Of a stretch of 64,000 bases of DNA, positions 53,776-64,000 are shown one piece after another (position 1 is the first letter of the stretch; every line of letters starts with the position of its first letter). The position numbers were made by a program, and so were the translations under genes. The DNA lies in NCBI GenBank assembly GCA_963751345.1, contig CAVVUS010000024.1, positions 1-64,000 on the forward strand. Direction: 5' to 3'. Under the pieces are notes generated by a model. It had not been told where the DNA came from and did not search any database. It saw only the letters and a list, made by a program, of their open reading frames with translations. The stretch comes from an uncultured Chloroflexia bacterium (GTDB lineage: Bacteria > Chloroflexota > Anaerolineae > B4-G1 > SLSP01).

Positions 53776-53803
53776 TTGACAGCCAATTAGGTCAAGGTAA
53801 ACT
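53776..53803 (+). promoter_or_regulatory. Putative promoter TTGACA-N16-TAAACT overlapping inverted repeat TTGAC-N10-GTCAA
   Basis: Directly upstream of the FHA-wHTH gene. Confidence 0.45.
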
Positions 53804-53822
53804 TACGCGCAGAGGTACACGG

Positions 53823-54449
53823 ATGGCCGGCGAATCAGCGGAGAAGTCAACCCCCTATCTCGAGGACCCTACAGGACGCGAGCATCTGCTTAACGGCGAT
53901 AGCATTACCATCGGACGCGCCGTCACCAACGACATCGTCATCACCAGCAAGCGGGTCTCCCGCGAGCACGCGCGCATCCGGCGGGATGCGTGGCGTCGGA
54001 TCCTCGAGGATCTGGGAAGCACCAACGGCACGTTTCTCAACACGGAGCGCGTGGTAAACAAGCGTGAGCTACGTGATCGAGACCGCATCAAGATTGGTGA
54101 CGTCATCTTCACCTATCACGACCCTGACATCACCTATCGCGACACCGCCTTCCCCGAATTGGAGATTGACCTGACCGCAGGGCTGGTCCGCGTGAATCGT
54201 GAGGTCATTGAGTTGTCACCCAAGGAGTTCACGCTCATCGCCTACCTCTATGAGCGAAGCAATGAGGTCTGCTCGAAAGATGATATCGCGCGCGCCGTGT
54301 GGCCGGAGTACCAGAGCGACGTATACGATTATCAGATCGAGAACCTTGTTCGCCGTCTCCGTGCGAAGGTCGAGGTGGACCCCGGCGATCCCCAGCTCCT
54401 CCTCACCGTTCGCGGGTTGGGGTACAAGCTGGTAGCACACTATGGTTAG
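53823..54449 (+). CDS. FHA domain plus OmpR-type winged-helix transcriptional regulator
   Basis: TIGR, VSREHA, DLGSTNGTFLN (FHA); LSPKEF...VRRLRAKVE...TVRGLGY (Trans_reg_C). Confidence 0.9.
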   Translation: MAGESAEKSTPYLEDPTGREHLLNGDSITIGRAVTNDIVITSKRVSREHARIRRDAWRRILEDLGSTNGTFLNTERVVNKRELRDRDRIKIGDVIFTYHDPDITYRDTAFPELEIDLTAGLVRVNREVIELSPKEFTLIAYLYERSNEVCSKDDIARAVWPEYQSDVYDYQIENLVRRLRAKVEVDPGDPQLLLTVRGLGYKLVAHYG

Positions 54450-56022
54450 GGCCTCGTTTGAAGGACGAACGCTCGGTAAATACCGCGTCTTGGAGCCACT
54501 AGGACACGGCGGAATGGCCTGGGTCTACCGCGCCTATCATCCCCAGCTTGACCGCTACGTCGCCGTGAAGCTCCTCCGATCCGACCTCGTGGATGATGAG
54601 GAATTCCTCGCTCGGTTTCAGCGGGAGGCCCGTGCCGTTGCCAACCTGCGCCACCCTCATATCATCCAGGTGTTCGACTTCGATGTCGAGGATGGCGCCT
54701 ATTACATGGTGATGGAATACCTCGAAGGCGACACACTGAAGGCACGACTCAGTGACTACCGCACGCGCGGGGAGCAGATGCCGTTTGGCGAGATCGTGCG
54801 CATCATGCTGGATGTGCTGGATGGCCTGGCATACGCCCATGCCGAGGGCATGGTCCATCGCGACATCAAGCCCTCCAATATCCTGTTGACCAAGCGAGGT
54901 CAGGCCGTCCTGGGTGATTTCGGCATCGCACTGATGGTCGGTGGCGCGAAGTACACCGCGACGGGGGCATTGATGGGAACGCCCGAGTATATGTCGCCGG
55001 AACAGGGATTGCACGGACACAGTGACACGCGCAGCGATATCTACTCGATGGGGGTGATTCTCTTTGAGATGCTCACCCAGCGCGTCCCCTTCGAAGCAGA
55101 GACTCCCCTGGCCATCCTTATGAAACACATTAACGATCCCCTTTCACCACCGCGCGAGATCAACCCGGAGATCCCGATATCCCTCGAACGCATCGTTCTT
55201 AAGGCTATGGCGAAGGCGCCGGAGGACCGTTACGCGGATGCCGGATCGATGGCCGCAGCACTCCAAGGAGCTGTGGACGAGGCGGCTATCGGCCTACCCG
55301 AGCGCGTCTCGCTCCCCCTGTCCTTCCGGACCGTCGAGGCTCCCTTGGAATCCGTGGTCGTCGTCTCACGTGCTGCCGAACGTGAGCGCGTTGACAGCGA
55401 GGTAGCAGAGGCCGAGACAAACATCACACTTCCGAGAGTGCCCGTACTATCCCTCCCGGACGAAGTCGGGGAGAACGATGGCCCTCATGCCAATCACCGT
55501 GCGCGCCAGACGGCGGACGCGCCTCAGACGTCTGAAGCACGTCGGACGGCGCGCAGTCACCTCACCAGGGGCATCTTTATGGCCATTGGCATCGTATCTC
55601 TGGGGAACCTGTTCGGCATCACGGTCTCCTCGCTCTTGCGCAACTGGGCCATCTTCCAGAAGGGCTGGCCGATGGAGCTCCTCCTCGTAGGCGGCGCACT
55701 CTTCCTGCTGATGGCGGTCAGCCAATCGATCTGGCTCTCCATACCGGCGGCCGTGGTTGCCGTCAACGGCTTTCTCTTCACCTACACGGCATTCTCAGGC
55801 AACTGGCATCACTGGGCCTTCCTATGGATTGTCGAGGTCTGGATCGTCGCAGCCACCGTCATCACGTCCTCACTGCTCGCGCAGTCCCCTCCCAATGCCC
55901 GCAGAATCAGCCACGTGATCGGATGGGCCACCGGCGCAGCGATCTTGATCGCCTCGGTGGCCGTGCAGGGCGCCGCCCTTGCCATCGATTTCCTAAGCCG
56001 CTTCATCGGCTGGTTGCACTGA
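54442..56022 (+). CDS. Ser/Thr protein kinase with multi-pass C-terminal membrane domain
   Basis: LGHGGMA, VAVK, HRDIKPSN, DFG, GTPEYMSPE, DIYSMG; about 5 C-terminal TM segments. Confidence 0.92.
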   Translation: MVRASFEGRTLGKYRVLEPLGHGGMAWVYRAYHPQLDRYVAVKLLRSDLVDDEEFLARFQREARAVANLRHPHIIQVFDFDVEDGAYYMVMEYLEGDTLKARLSDYRTRGEQMPFGEIVRIMLDVLDGLAYAHAEGMVHRDIKPSNILLTKRGQAVLGDFGIALMVGGAKYTATGALMGTPEYMSPEQGLHGHSDTRSDIYSMGVILFEMLTQRVPFEAETPLAILMKHINDPLSPPREINPEIPISLERIVLKAMAKAPEDRYADAGSMAAALQGAVDEAAIGLPERVSLPLSFRTVEAPLESVVVVSRAAERERVDSEVAEAETNITLPRVPVLSLPDEVGENDGPHANHRARQTADAPQTSEARRTARSHLTRGIFMAIGIVSLGNLFGITVSSLLRNWAIFQKGWPMELLLVGGALFLLMAVSQSIWLSIPAAVVAVNGFLFTYTAFSGNWHHWAFLWIVEVWIVAATVITSSLLAQSPPNARRISHVIGWATGAAILIASVAVQGAALAIDFLSRFIGWLH

Positions 56023-56196
56023 CCCCCTCTCGGCGGCTCGACCGCGACAAGCCACCCAGCGACGGCGCCAATCGCGGTGCTGAGTGCTGTAGGGACTACT
56101 TCGCCCACGGATTGTCGGTTGATAGCGGCAGAATAGGCGCCTCCAAACAGGCAGCGTATGCTGATTCCTGAAAGCACACCGAACTTTGGAGGCATC

Positions 56197-56937
56197 ATGA
56201 ACAAAAGACTTACGATTGGCATTGGTTTGGGTCTGATCTTCATCGGTATGATGGCGCTTGCCTCGGGACTATTGGGCGTTCTCTTCGATTTCAGGGTCTG
56301 GCATCTCTGGCCCGTCGTCGTGATCCTGGCGGGTCTGGGGATCGTATTGCCCGCAGCGCTGGGAAAACAGGGCGCGAAACTGGGGTGGCTCTACATCCTG
56401 GGACTGCCGACACTTACGACAGGCGTGATCCTGCTCGTCGCCAGTGTATTCAGGTTGTGGCGCATCTGGGCGACGCTGTGGCCCTTGGTGGTGATCGGCA
56501 CGGCACTGGGATTCCTCTTGACGGCCCTCAGGGTGCGCTCCCGAGGGCTCTTCGTCCCCGCGCTTCTTATCGGAGCTAACGGGCTATGCCTGCAGTTCTG
56601 TGCCGTCACAGGCTGGTGGCGCGCCTGGACGGTCCTCTGGGCGGTGGAGCCCATCGCCATCGGTATCGCGATTCTGATCCTCGACAGCGGGCAACACTCC
56701 AGGCGATGGCAGACCGTTGGCCTCATTTTCTGCGCGATCGGCGTCCTGGGCTTCCTTGAGGCATCATCGGCGGTAGCATTGGCATCGATACGTCCCCTGT
56801 GGTGGCTGTGGCGCTGGCTGACACCGATCGTCCTCATCCTGATCGGGGCGGGGCTACTGCTGTGGCAGATGCCGCGCCGGATTGCGACCTCAGAGAACAT
56901 GATCATCACAGATCACGCGGCCAGTGGAAGCAAATAG
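56197..56937 (+). CDS. Multi-pass membrane protein (LiaF/DUF5668-like repeats)
   Basis: GLIFIG, repeated W..LWP motifs, PIVLILIGAGLL; RBS GGAGG. Confidence 0.7.
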   Translation: MNKRLTIGIGLGLIFIGMMALASGLLGVLFDFRVWHLWPVVVILAGLGIVLPAALGKQGAKLGWLYILGLPTLTTGVILLVASVFRLWRIWATLWPLVVIGTALGFLLTALRVRSRGLFVPALLIGANGLCLQFCAVTGWWRAWTVLWAVEPIAIGIAILILDSGQHSRRWQTVGLIFCAIGVLGFLEASSAVALASIRPLWWLWRWLTPIVLILIGAGLLLWQMPRRIATSENMIITDHAASGSK

Positions 56938-57101
56938 GCGCAGATCGGGTCGACCACGTAACTCGACCCTGCAAAAGTGTTAGAATACTGTATATGACAC
57001 TAAGCTCCGGCAAACGTGGAGCTTTGCGACGCGGTCACACACTCACATTCGCCACAGCCAAGGCACCTGGCACGCTACCAGGCGCTGGGAGTGGAGGCAT
57101 C

Positions 57102-57783
57102 ATGTTACGGCAAGCAGTATACTGGTTATCGAGGCCGCTCATCGGCCTGTACGGTCGGATGCTCAAGCTGGATGTTGAGCGTCACGAACAGTTACCCAAA
57201 GGGGCGAAGATCATCGCCGCGAATCATCCCAGTACATCGGATCCTTTCCTGGTGGCCTGGTCACGCGGGAGCCGCCGATGCTCATCTCGGTGTTCCCCTC
57301 TTCGGCGCCTATCTGCGCGCGTCCGGACACATCCCTGTCGTAGCGGATGACGGTCATCCTGCCTTCGAGGCTGCCGAAAGGCACCTCCAAAATGGAGGGA
57401 CCTTGATCGTATTTCCGGAAGGCCAACTCAGCCCCCGGGAGGGCGGGTTTCAGGAGCCACACACGGGCCTCGCTCGCCTGGCGTTGATAACCGGCGTCCC
57501 GGTGATTCCCATGGGTATCAGCCTCTCACCACGAGGGTTGTGGCATGTCGAGAGTGACATGGGGGACAAGTGGGTCGTCAGTCGCTACGCACTTCGGGGA
57601 CCGTACGGCGTCACCGTGGGGCGCCCCCTTCACCTTACAGGGGATGTTGAGGATCGGGCGTACGTTCGTATGGCATCGCGGCGAGTGATGCATGGCATCG
57701 CGGACCTGGCCGAGGAAAGCCGGGAGCGTCTTCAGGCGCCCTTCCTCTGGCCCTCAATCCTGGAGCCGTTGGTACCGGGTTAG
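57102..57783 (+). CDS. Lysophospholipid (PlsC-like) acyltransferase, frameshift ~57265
   Basis: AANHPSTSD (HxxxxD), GHIPV, IVFPEG, GVPVIP. Confidence 0.85.
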
Positions 57784-57822
57784 GGCTGCACGACGGCCGA
57801 AGCGGTTCCGGGTGTGAGCCTC

Positions 57823-58443
57823 CTACTTTCGCCGCCGCGCGAGCTCATCGCGCACCTCGTCCAGGGTGAGGTCACGGGACGCAAGCAGGACAAGTAAATG
57901 GTAGACCAGATCCGCGGACTCCTCGATGAGCCGCTGACCGCTCTGGCCCTTGCCCGCAAGCACCACTTCCATGGCCTCTTCCCCAACCTTCTTCAGGATC
58001 TCGTCCCCGCCCGCCAGCAACTTCGCCGTATAGGAACCCGGTGATGGATTGTCCTTGCGATCCTCGATGACGGCGAAGAGTTCGTCCAGAACGTCATTCG
58101 TCACCATCGGCGTCTCGTCCGTCGACCATAGGCGGCGATAGAAGCAGCTCTGCGCACCCGTGTGACACGCCGGGCCCGCCGGATCGACCTTGAGTAGGAG
58201 CACGTCCGCGTCGCAGTCCACCCATATCTCGCGGACACGCTGGACGTTGCCTGATGTAGCGCCCTTGTGCCACAGCTCCTCGCGACTCCGGCTCCAGAAG
58301 TGGGCCTCCCCGGTCTCCTGCGTCAGCCGCAGGGCCTCATCGTTCATCCAGGCCACCATCAGGATCTGTCCGTTCTCAGCGTCCTGTAACACCGCGGGGA
58401 TCAGCCCGCGGGAATCATACTTCAAAGGAACATCGTTTCCCAT
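57823..58443 (-). CDS. hisIE: Phosphoribosyl-AMP cyclohydrolase / phosphoribosyl-ATP pyrophosphatase
   Basis: [42 protein letters not shown]. Confidence 0.95.
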   Translation of the reverse strand: MGNDVPLKYDSRGLIPAVLQDAENGQILMVAWMNDEALRLTQETGEAHFWSRSREELWHKGATSGNVQRVREIWVDCDADVLLLKVDPAGPACHTGAQSCFYRRLWSTDETPMVTNDVLDELFAVIEDRKDNPSPGSYTAKLLAGGDEILKKVGEEAMEVVLAGKGQSGQRLIEESADLVYHLLVLLASRDLTLDEVRDELARRRK

Positions 58444-58464
58444 CTTCGCCACCTCTTTCGGGCC

Positions 58465-59230
58465 CTATTGACGAACGACAACACCGTGTGCACCCAAGTA
58501 GGTCTTCACCTCGCCGATGCTGAGCACGCGATCGTGAAAGAGTGAGGCAGCCAGGGCCGCATCGGCCCTTCCCGGCGGTCAGCACCTCGGCGAAGTGGGC
58601 CATCGTGCCCGCCCCACCGCTCGCGATCACCGGCACCGAAACCGCCTCGGCGACCGCACGGGTTAGCTCGATATCATAGCCTGCCAACGTGCCGTCGCTG
58701 TCCATGCTCGTGAGCAAGATCTCACCGGCACCCCGGCTGACGCCCTCGGCGCACCACATTATAGCATCCAGGCCTGTCGGAATGCGACCGCCGCTGATGT
58801 AAACCTCCCATCGCAGCGGATCCAGCGAAACACGCTTGGCATCGACGGCGAGCACAATACATTGGCTGCCAAATCGCTCGGCCCCGGCGCTGAGAATCTC
58901 CGGCGTACGCACGGCGGCAGAGTTGATACTGACCTTGTCCGCCCCGGCTAACAGCAGATTGCGGACATCCTCGATCTTCCGCACGCCTCCGCCCACGGTG
59001 AAGGGCATAAAGACCTCCACGGCAACCTGACGGACGACGTCAATCATCGTCTGGCGCCCCTCGTGGGTTGCCGAGATGTCCAGGAAGACCAACTCGTCGG
59101 CGCCCTGCTCGTCGTAGATGCGTGCCTGCTCCACCGGATCTCCCGCGTCCCTCAGGTTGACAAAGTTCACGCCCTTGACGACACGGCCCTCTTTGACATC
59201 GAGACAGGGGATGATGCGCTTGGCCAACAT
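58465..59230 (-). CDS. hisF: Imidazole glycerol phosphate synthase cyclase subunit, frameshift ~58565
   Basis: [48 protein letters not shown]. Confidence 0.95.
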
Positions 59231-59240
59231 AGCAACCTCC

Positions 59241-59999
59241 TTAACTAGATGCGTCGCCGCCGGCCGCGGCGACACCGCCGGCTGCGGCGACAGCGTCCGC
59301 CAGTCGAATCTGGCCTTCGTAAAGCGCCCGTCCGATGATCACACCTGACAGCCCGGCAACCTTGACACGCCTGACGTCCTCAAGGGTACGGACACCCCCG
59401 GACGCGATCACGCTCAGCCCGGTCTCGCGCGCCAGGTTCAGGGTCGCGTCGACGTTGACGCCGCTTCCCATCCCGTCCCTGGAAATGTCCGTGAAGATCA
59501 GCCAACGCCCCCCCAGATCGGCCCAGCGTTTCGCCAGATCCAACGCCCGGAGCGATGCCGCCTCCTGCCATCCCCGGATCTGGGCGACGCCATCACGGGC
59601 ATCGATCCCGACGGCGACGTATTCCGGCCCATACCGGGCAAGCGCCGCACTGACAAACGCGGGATCTTCGACGAAGGCCGTGCCCACCACGACGCGGGAG
59701 ACACCCAGATCGAGCGCTCTCGACAAGGTAGCCATATCCCGCATGCCTCCCCCGAACTGGACCGGCAGCGACGTCTCCAGGATACGGGCGAGTGCCTTCT
59801 GATTCTCATGGCCCGACTCGCCGAAGGCGCCGTCGAGGTTCACGACGTGAAGCCAATGCGCGCCGGCCTCCTTCCACTGCCGTGCCACGCGCAGCGGGTC
59901 GTCGCCATAGGCTGTCTCTCGGTCGGGATCGCCCTGCGCCAAGCGCACGACGCGTCCCTGCCGGAGGTCGATGGCCGGATAGATCTCGAAGTCGGTCAT
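59241..59999 (-). CDS. hisA: ProFAR isomerase
   Basis: [37 protein letters not shown]. Confidence 0.95.
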   Translation of the reverse strand: MTDFEIYPAIDLRQGRVVRLAQGDPDRETAYGDDPLRVARQWKEAGAHWLHVVNLDGAFGESGHENQKALARILETSLPVQFGGGMRDMATLSRALDLGVSRVVVGTAFVEDPAFVSAALARYGPEYVAVGIDARDGVAQIRGWQEAASLRALDLAKRWADLGGRWLIFTDISRDGMGSGVNVDATLNLARETGLSVIASGGVRTLEDVRRVKVAGLSGVIIGRALYEGQIRLADAVAAAGGVAAAGGDASS

Positions 60000-60616
60000 G
60001 CTGATGCCTCGCCAGGTTGGCGCACGAAGTTCCGCAGGATGTGAAGCCCGACGTGCTGGCTCTTTTCGGGATGAAATTGAACCCCCAGAAGCCGGCCGTG
60101 CCCAACGACCGAGGCGAAAGGGCCGCCATAGTCGGTCACGGCCAATGTGTCGGCATCGGTGGCCTGGCAGTAGTAGCCGTGGTTGAAGTAAGTCCAGGCG
60201 CCTGCCGGCAGATCTGCAAGCAGTTCGCTATCTCCCACCGGCTCCACCTGATTCCATCCGGTGTGTGGCACCTTTAGCGCATCATCGATCTCGAATGGCA
60301 CCACACGCCCGGAAAGCAGTCCCAGGCCCTCGTGTCCACCGAGCTCCTCGCCATATTCAAACAGCACCTGCATCCCCACGCAGATGCCGAGAAAGGGCGT
60401 CCCGGCGTCCACCACCCGGCGGATAGCCCCGATCAGGTTCAGCCGGGCCAAACTCTCCATGCAATCCGCAAAGGCCCCTACTCCCGGCATCACGACTTTC
60501 TCAGCCTCGAGAACAGCCGCCGGTTCCTGCGTCAGGATGACGTCGGCACCCACCGCCATAAGGGCTTTGTGGACCGAGCGGACGTTGCCCGCCCCGTAGT
60601 CGATCAGTGCGATCAT
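59996..60616 (-). CDS. hisH: IGP synthase glutamine amidotransferase subunit
   Basis: IDYGAGN, PGVGAF, LGICVGMQ, QFHPEKS. Confidence 0.95.
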   Translation of the reverse strand: MIALIDYGAGNVRSVHKALMAVGADVILTQEPAAVLEAEKVVMPGVGAFADCMESLARLNLIGAIRRVVDAGTPFLGICVGMQVLFEYGEELGGHEGLGLLSGRVVPFEIDDALKVPHTGWNQVEPVGDSELLADLPAGAWTYFNHGYYCQATDADTLAVTDYGGPFASVVGHGRLLGVQFHPEKSQHVGLHILRNFVRQPGEASA

Positions 60617-61203
60617 CAGAGTACTCCCTTAGTGGACGGCACGACATTCCCTCGCCGCGGGTCAAGCTGCGTTGCAGCGTCGAGCGATCTTCCCATTGCC
60701 TTAAAGAGCGCCTCGGCCTTGTGGTGATCGTCACGCCCGTAGAGCACGCGCGCGTGTACATTGGCGCGGGCTGTGATGGCAAAGGATTCGACGAAATGCT
60801 CCCAGAGCGTGACCGGTACACCGCCGACGTCTTGCCCCGTCCACGTCACGTCCACGACGGCGTAAGGGCGACCGGAAAGATCCACGGCCACGAATCCCAG
60901 CGTCTCATCCATCGGCACGTAGGCAGATCCCATCCGCACAATTCCCTTCCGCGTTCCCAGTGCCTGGTCGAAGGCGGCGCCCAACACCAAGGCAACGTCC
61001 TCGACGGTGTGATGCGGGTCGACCTCGAGATCGCCCTCCGCGTGGACGCTCAGATCGAAAAGGCCGTGGACGGCGACGTGCCGGAGCATATGGTCCAGAA
61101 AGCCTATCCCGGTCGAAATCTCACAGTCGCCACTGCCATCCAGGTTCAGTGCCATCGAAATCCTGGTCTCCCGCGTCTCACGCTCTAGCTGAGCAGATCG
61201 CAT
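60616..61203 (-). CDS. hisB: Imidazoleglycerol-phosphate dehydratase
   Basis: [40 protein letters not shown]. Confidence 0.95.
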   Translation of the reverse strand: MRSAQLERETRETRISMALNLDGSGDCEISTGIGFLDHMLRHVAVHGLFDLSVHAEGDLEVDPHHTVEDVALVLGAAFDQALGTRKGIVRMGSAYVPMDETLGFVAVDLSGRPYAVVDVTWTGQDVGGVPVTLWEHFVESFAITARANVHARVLYGRDDHHKAEALFKAMGRSLDAATQLDPRRGNVVPSTKGVL

Positions 61204-61265
61204 TTCCCACTCCTTCCCCCGAAGTGCCGCAGATGGGCGAAGACGTCCCAGAAAGTCCAGGGCAC

Positions 61266-62363
61266 CTATGAAAGCCGCCGCAGTACCGCGATGACCGCGT
61301 CGGTCTGCTCGGGCTTCCCCACGGTGAATCGCACGTGATCCGCCAGGCGCGCCGTCCGATAGTAGCGGATCAAGATGCCCTCGCCCTCCAAGGCCAGTTT
61401 GAGACCCTCAGCCTCACGGCCCAGCACCCGGCAAAGGATGAAATTCGACGCCGAGGGATAAGGCCGCAAGTATGGAATCGAGGCCAGTAACTCGCCAAAG
61501 CGCCCGCGCTCCCGCACGATCCGGTCGACCTTGTCGGTGAGCCAGGGCAGATCCTGGAGCGCCGCAACCGCCGCCGCCGAGGCAGCCACGGAGACGTTGT
61601 ACGGCTGCTTGATCTTCCACAGATGCGGCATCAGCGCCGCAGGAAACGCCCCGTAGCCCACGCGCAGCCCCGCAAGCCCCGCAAGTTTGCTGAAGGTCCG
61701 CAGGACGATCAGGTTGTCGCGCTCCACCACCCAGCCGATACGGCTTTTCGCCATACCGGCGAACTCGACGTACGCCTCGTCGAGGACGACGACCACGGGG
61801 AGCGCCAGCAGCCGGGCCAACGTCGCATCCGACAGCCAACTACCATCGGGGTTGTTGGGCGACGTGACGAAAAGCAGCTTGGGATGATGCTCACCCACTG
61901 CCGCCTCAACCGCCTCTACGTCGATGGCAAAATCGTCCCGCCTCGGCACCGAGACCACACCCGCGCCATTGATTGCGGCGTCAAAGGGATACATACCAAA
62001 CGTTGGCGGGCAGTTGAGGATGGTGTCTCCGCGCTGGAGGAAGAGGCGCATGATCAAATCCAGAAGCTCGTCCGCCCCGGCCCCGGCGAGCAGGATCTCC
62101 GCGGGCAGCCCAGTGAACTCGGCCAGGGCGGCGCGCAGGGCGCGGCTCTCCGGATCGGGGTAGATATGCACGTCCGCCACATCGGCAAGCGCCGCGCGCA
62201 CGCGCGGCGAGGGACCGTAGGGATTTTCGTTGGCATCGAGTTTGATGATCTCGTCGGGAGCGCGCCCCAGTCGCGCAGCCAGCACGTCAAAAGGAAAGAT
62301 GGGCGTATACGGCTCCATCGTCGCAATGTCGGCTCTGATGAGGTCGGTCACGTTCGTTGGCAT
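61266..62363 (-). CDS. hisC: Histidinol-phosphate aminotransferase
   Basis: [38 protein letters not shown]. Confidence 0.95.
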   Translation of the reverse strand: MPTNVTDLIRADIATMEPYTPIFPFDVLAARLGRAPDEIIKLDANENPYGPSPRVRAALADVADVHIYPDPESRALRAALAEFTGLPAEILLAGAGADELLDLIMRLFLQRGDTILNCPPTFGMYPFDAAINGAGVVSVPRRDDFAIDVEAVEAAVGEHHPKLLFVTSPNNPDGSWLSDATLARLLALPVVVVLDEAYVEFAGMAKSRIGWVVERDNLIVLRTFSKLAGLAGLRVGYGAFPAALMPHLWKIKQPYNVSVAASAAAVAALQDLPWLTDKVDRIVRERGRFGELLASIPYLRPYPSASNFILCRVLGREAEGLKLALEGEGILIRYYRTARLADHVRFTVGKPEQTDAVIAVLRRLS

Positions 62364-62392
62364 ATTCCACTCCGGATGGTCATCTCACAAGC

Positions 62393-62447
62393 CGGTAACG
62401 GGTAACGAGTGATCGGAGGCATCCGTGTAATCCGTGGTTCAGACATT
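62393..62447 (-). repeat. Short-period repeat scar GTCTGAACCACGGATTACACGGAT...CGTTACCCGTTACC at the hisD/hisC junction
   Basis: CACGGAT x2 and CGTTAC x2; overlaps the hisD stop. Confidence 0.6.
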
Positions 62448-63776
62448 CTCCTCCCCCCGATACCGGGCCGCAGCCGCGTGAGCGGTGAGCGACTCCGCCG
62501 AAGCCAGGCGATCGGCGTCCGGCGCCAGCGCGTGCGCCGTCGCCGCATCCAGGCCGATCAAGTTCACCACCTTGACGAAATCGAGTACATTGACCGGACC
62601 CTTGAAACGCGCGGTCCCCCCGGTGGGCATGATATGACTGGGGCCGGCAACGTAGTCACCCAGCACCTCGAACGAGTGCTCACCCAGGAAAATACCCCCG
62701 GCATTGCGTATCTTGCCGGCCCACACGCCCGGCTCCGCCACCGAGAGGCACAGGTGCTCAGGCGCGAACGCGTCTGCAAGCCGCACCGCCGTCGCCAGGT
62801 CCGGCGTGAGGACGATGCCGCCCTGCCCGGCCAAGGATGTGGCGACGATTTCAGCACGGCTCAACGCCTCGATCTGGTGCGCCACCTCGGTCTGAACGGC
62901 TTCAGCCAGTTCCCGCGAGGGCGTGAGCAGGATCGCGGTCGCCAGGACGTCGTGCTCAGCCTGTGCCAGGAGGTCCGCCGCGACCCAGGCGGGATTTGCA
63001 GTGTCATCAGCCACGACGACCGTCTCAGTAGGCCCATAGAGCCCGTCCAGTCCGACGATTCCGTACACCTGGCGCTTGGCGACGGTCGTGAAGAGCCCAC
63101 CGGCCCCCACGACCTTGTCCACGCGGGGCACGCTATCCGTGCCGAACGCGAGAGCGGCAACGGCGAGCGCGCCGCCCAACGCGAAAAGGCGGTCAACACC
63201 GGCGACGTAGGCCGCAGCGAGTATCAATGGTGACGGCGCGCCGGTCTCTCTCGCAGCCGGCGTGCAGACGACGATCTCGTCCACACCGGCGACACGCGCC
63301 GGGAGGGCCCCCATCAAGAGCGAGGAAGGCAGGGGCGCCGTGCCACCGGGCACATAGAGTCCCACCCGTTGGAGCGGCACCAGACGCTGCCCGAGCATCC
63401 CTCCCATCTCATCCGTGGTCCAGTTCGGTATCGGCTGTCGGCTGTGGAAGTCACGAATTCGGTCGGCGGCCCGATTGAGCGAATCCCTCAACTCCGGCTT
63501 GAGCGATGCATAGGCAGCTTCCCAGTCCGACGCCGGTATCTCCAGTGCCTCGACGGAGACGCCGTCGATGCGCCGGGTCCACTCACGCAGCGCCGCATCG
63601 CCGCGCACACGGACGTCGGCCAGAAGCCGCGCAACAGCAGCCTCCGGTGTCAGCCTCTCGCCAAAGACCCGCTCGATACTGGCGAGCACGACCTCGGGGA
63701 CGTCCTCCAGCGTCAGCATCGTCCGACGCGTCAGGATGCGCGATCCCTGTGCCGGATCATCGTAGATCCTGATCAT
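62439..63776 (-). CDS. hisD: Histidinol dehydrogenase
   Basis: GLYVPGG, DLLAQAEHD, APEHL, GDYVAGPSHIMPT, ESLTAHA. Confidence 0.95.
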   Translation of the reverse strand: MIRIYDDPAQGSRILTRRTMLTLEDVPEVVLASIERVFGERLTPEAAVARLLADVRVRGDAALREWTRRIDGVSVEALEIPASDWEAAYASLKPELRDSLNRAADRIRDFHSRQPIPNWTTDEMGGMLGQRLVPLQRVGLYVPGGTAPLPSSLLMGALPARVAGVDEIVVCTPAARETGAPSPLILAAAYVAGVDRLFALGGALAVAALAFGTDSVPRVDKVVGAGGLFTTVAKRQVYGIVGLDGLYGPTETVVVADDTANPAWVAADLLAQAEHDVLATAILLTPSRELAEAVQTEVAHQIEALSRAEIVATSLAGQGGIVLTPDLATAVRLADAFAPEHLCLSVAEPGVWAGKIRNAGGIFLGEHSFEVLGDYVAGPSHIMPTGGTARFKGPVNVLDFVKVVNLIGLDAATAHALAPDADRLASAESLTAHAAAARYRGEENV

Positions 63777-64000
63777 CCCGACACCTCCTTCACAGCCTTC
63801 ATCAAAGCCAGATAGCGCTCCGGCTCCTCTTCGAAGATATAGGTCACCGGCGTCACGACGACCCCACTGCCCCCGATCGACCGCAACTCGGCAATAACCT
63901 CGATCAACGCGTCACGGCGGACCACAATCTGCACATCGTACCAATTGGGGTTACCGTCGGCAACCATCACAGGGGAGACCGTCGGCCCCTGGAGACCACT
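63773..64000 (-). CDS. hisG: ATP phosphoribosyltransferase, C-terminal part (runs off window)
   Basis: GLQGPTVSP...LRSIGGSGVVVTPVTYIF long-form HisG tail directly upstream of hisD. Confidence 0.8.
   Translation of the reverse strand, partial: SGLQGPTVSPVMVADGNPNWYDVQIVVRRDALIEVIAELRSIGGSGVVVTPVTYIFEEEPERYLALMKAVKEVSG

Noticed and set aside
58415-59230. hisF, nadE and other genes as pseudogenes or programmed frameshifts
   Set aside because: Single-base indels are scattered window-wide without consistent slippery sites and are best explained by long-read error.

Overview
GC-rich bacterial chromosomal window. The gene repertoire (MalT-type LuxR, Pro/Thr-linker lipoproteins, many sugar oxidoreductases, FHA/Ser-Thr kinase) suggests Chloroflexota/Anaerolineae, which is an inference. 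The sequence looks like an error-prone long-read consensus: even conserved genes (hisF, nadE) carry single-base frameshifts, so many CDS calls join ORF fragments and pseudogene status cannot be judged. The window holds sugar and amino-sugar catabolic genes (FGGY kinase, AraA-like isomerase, class III aminotransferase, Gfo/Idh/MocA, TIM-barrel isomerases, GH9, GH51, GH95 and a large unclassified GH-like protein present as a near-identical tandem duplication). It also holds a MalT-LuxR module, an ECF sigma/anti-sigma pair, a HEPN/MNT toxin-antitoxin pair, an FHA-wHTH/Ser-Thr kinase membrane signalling cluster and the his operon (hisG partial, D, C, B, H, A, F, IE). The best candidate for an undescribed system is the four-gene operon at 27.1-31.3 kb: variant NMN-adenylyltransferase, vWA/Zn-ribbon protein, minimal divergent pyruvate-kinase-like enzyme and glutamine-dependent NAD synthetase. 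Other highlights are a perfect 52-bp nested palindrome, a stand-alone small ORF with a consensus sigma70 promoter and terminator, and several REP-like palindrome families. No rRNA, tRNA, CRISPR array or transposase was recognised.
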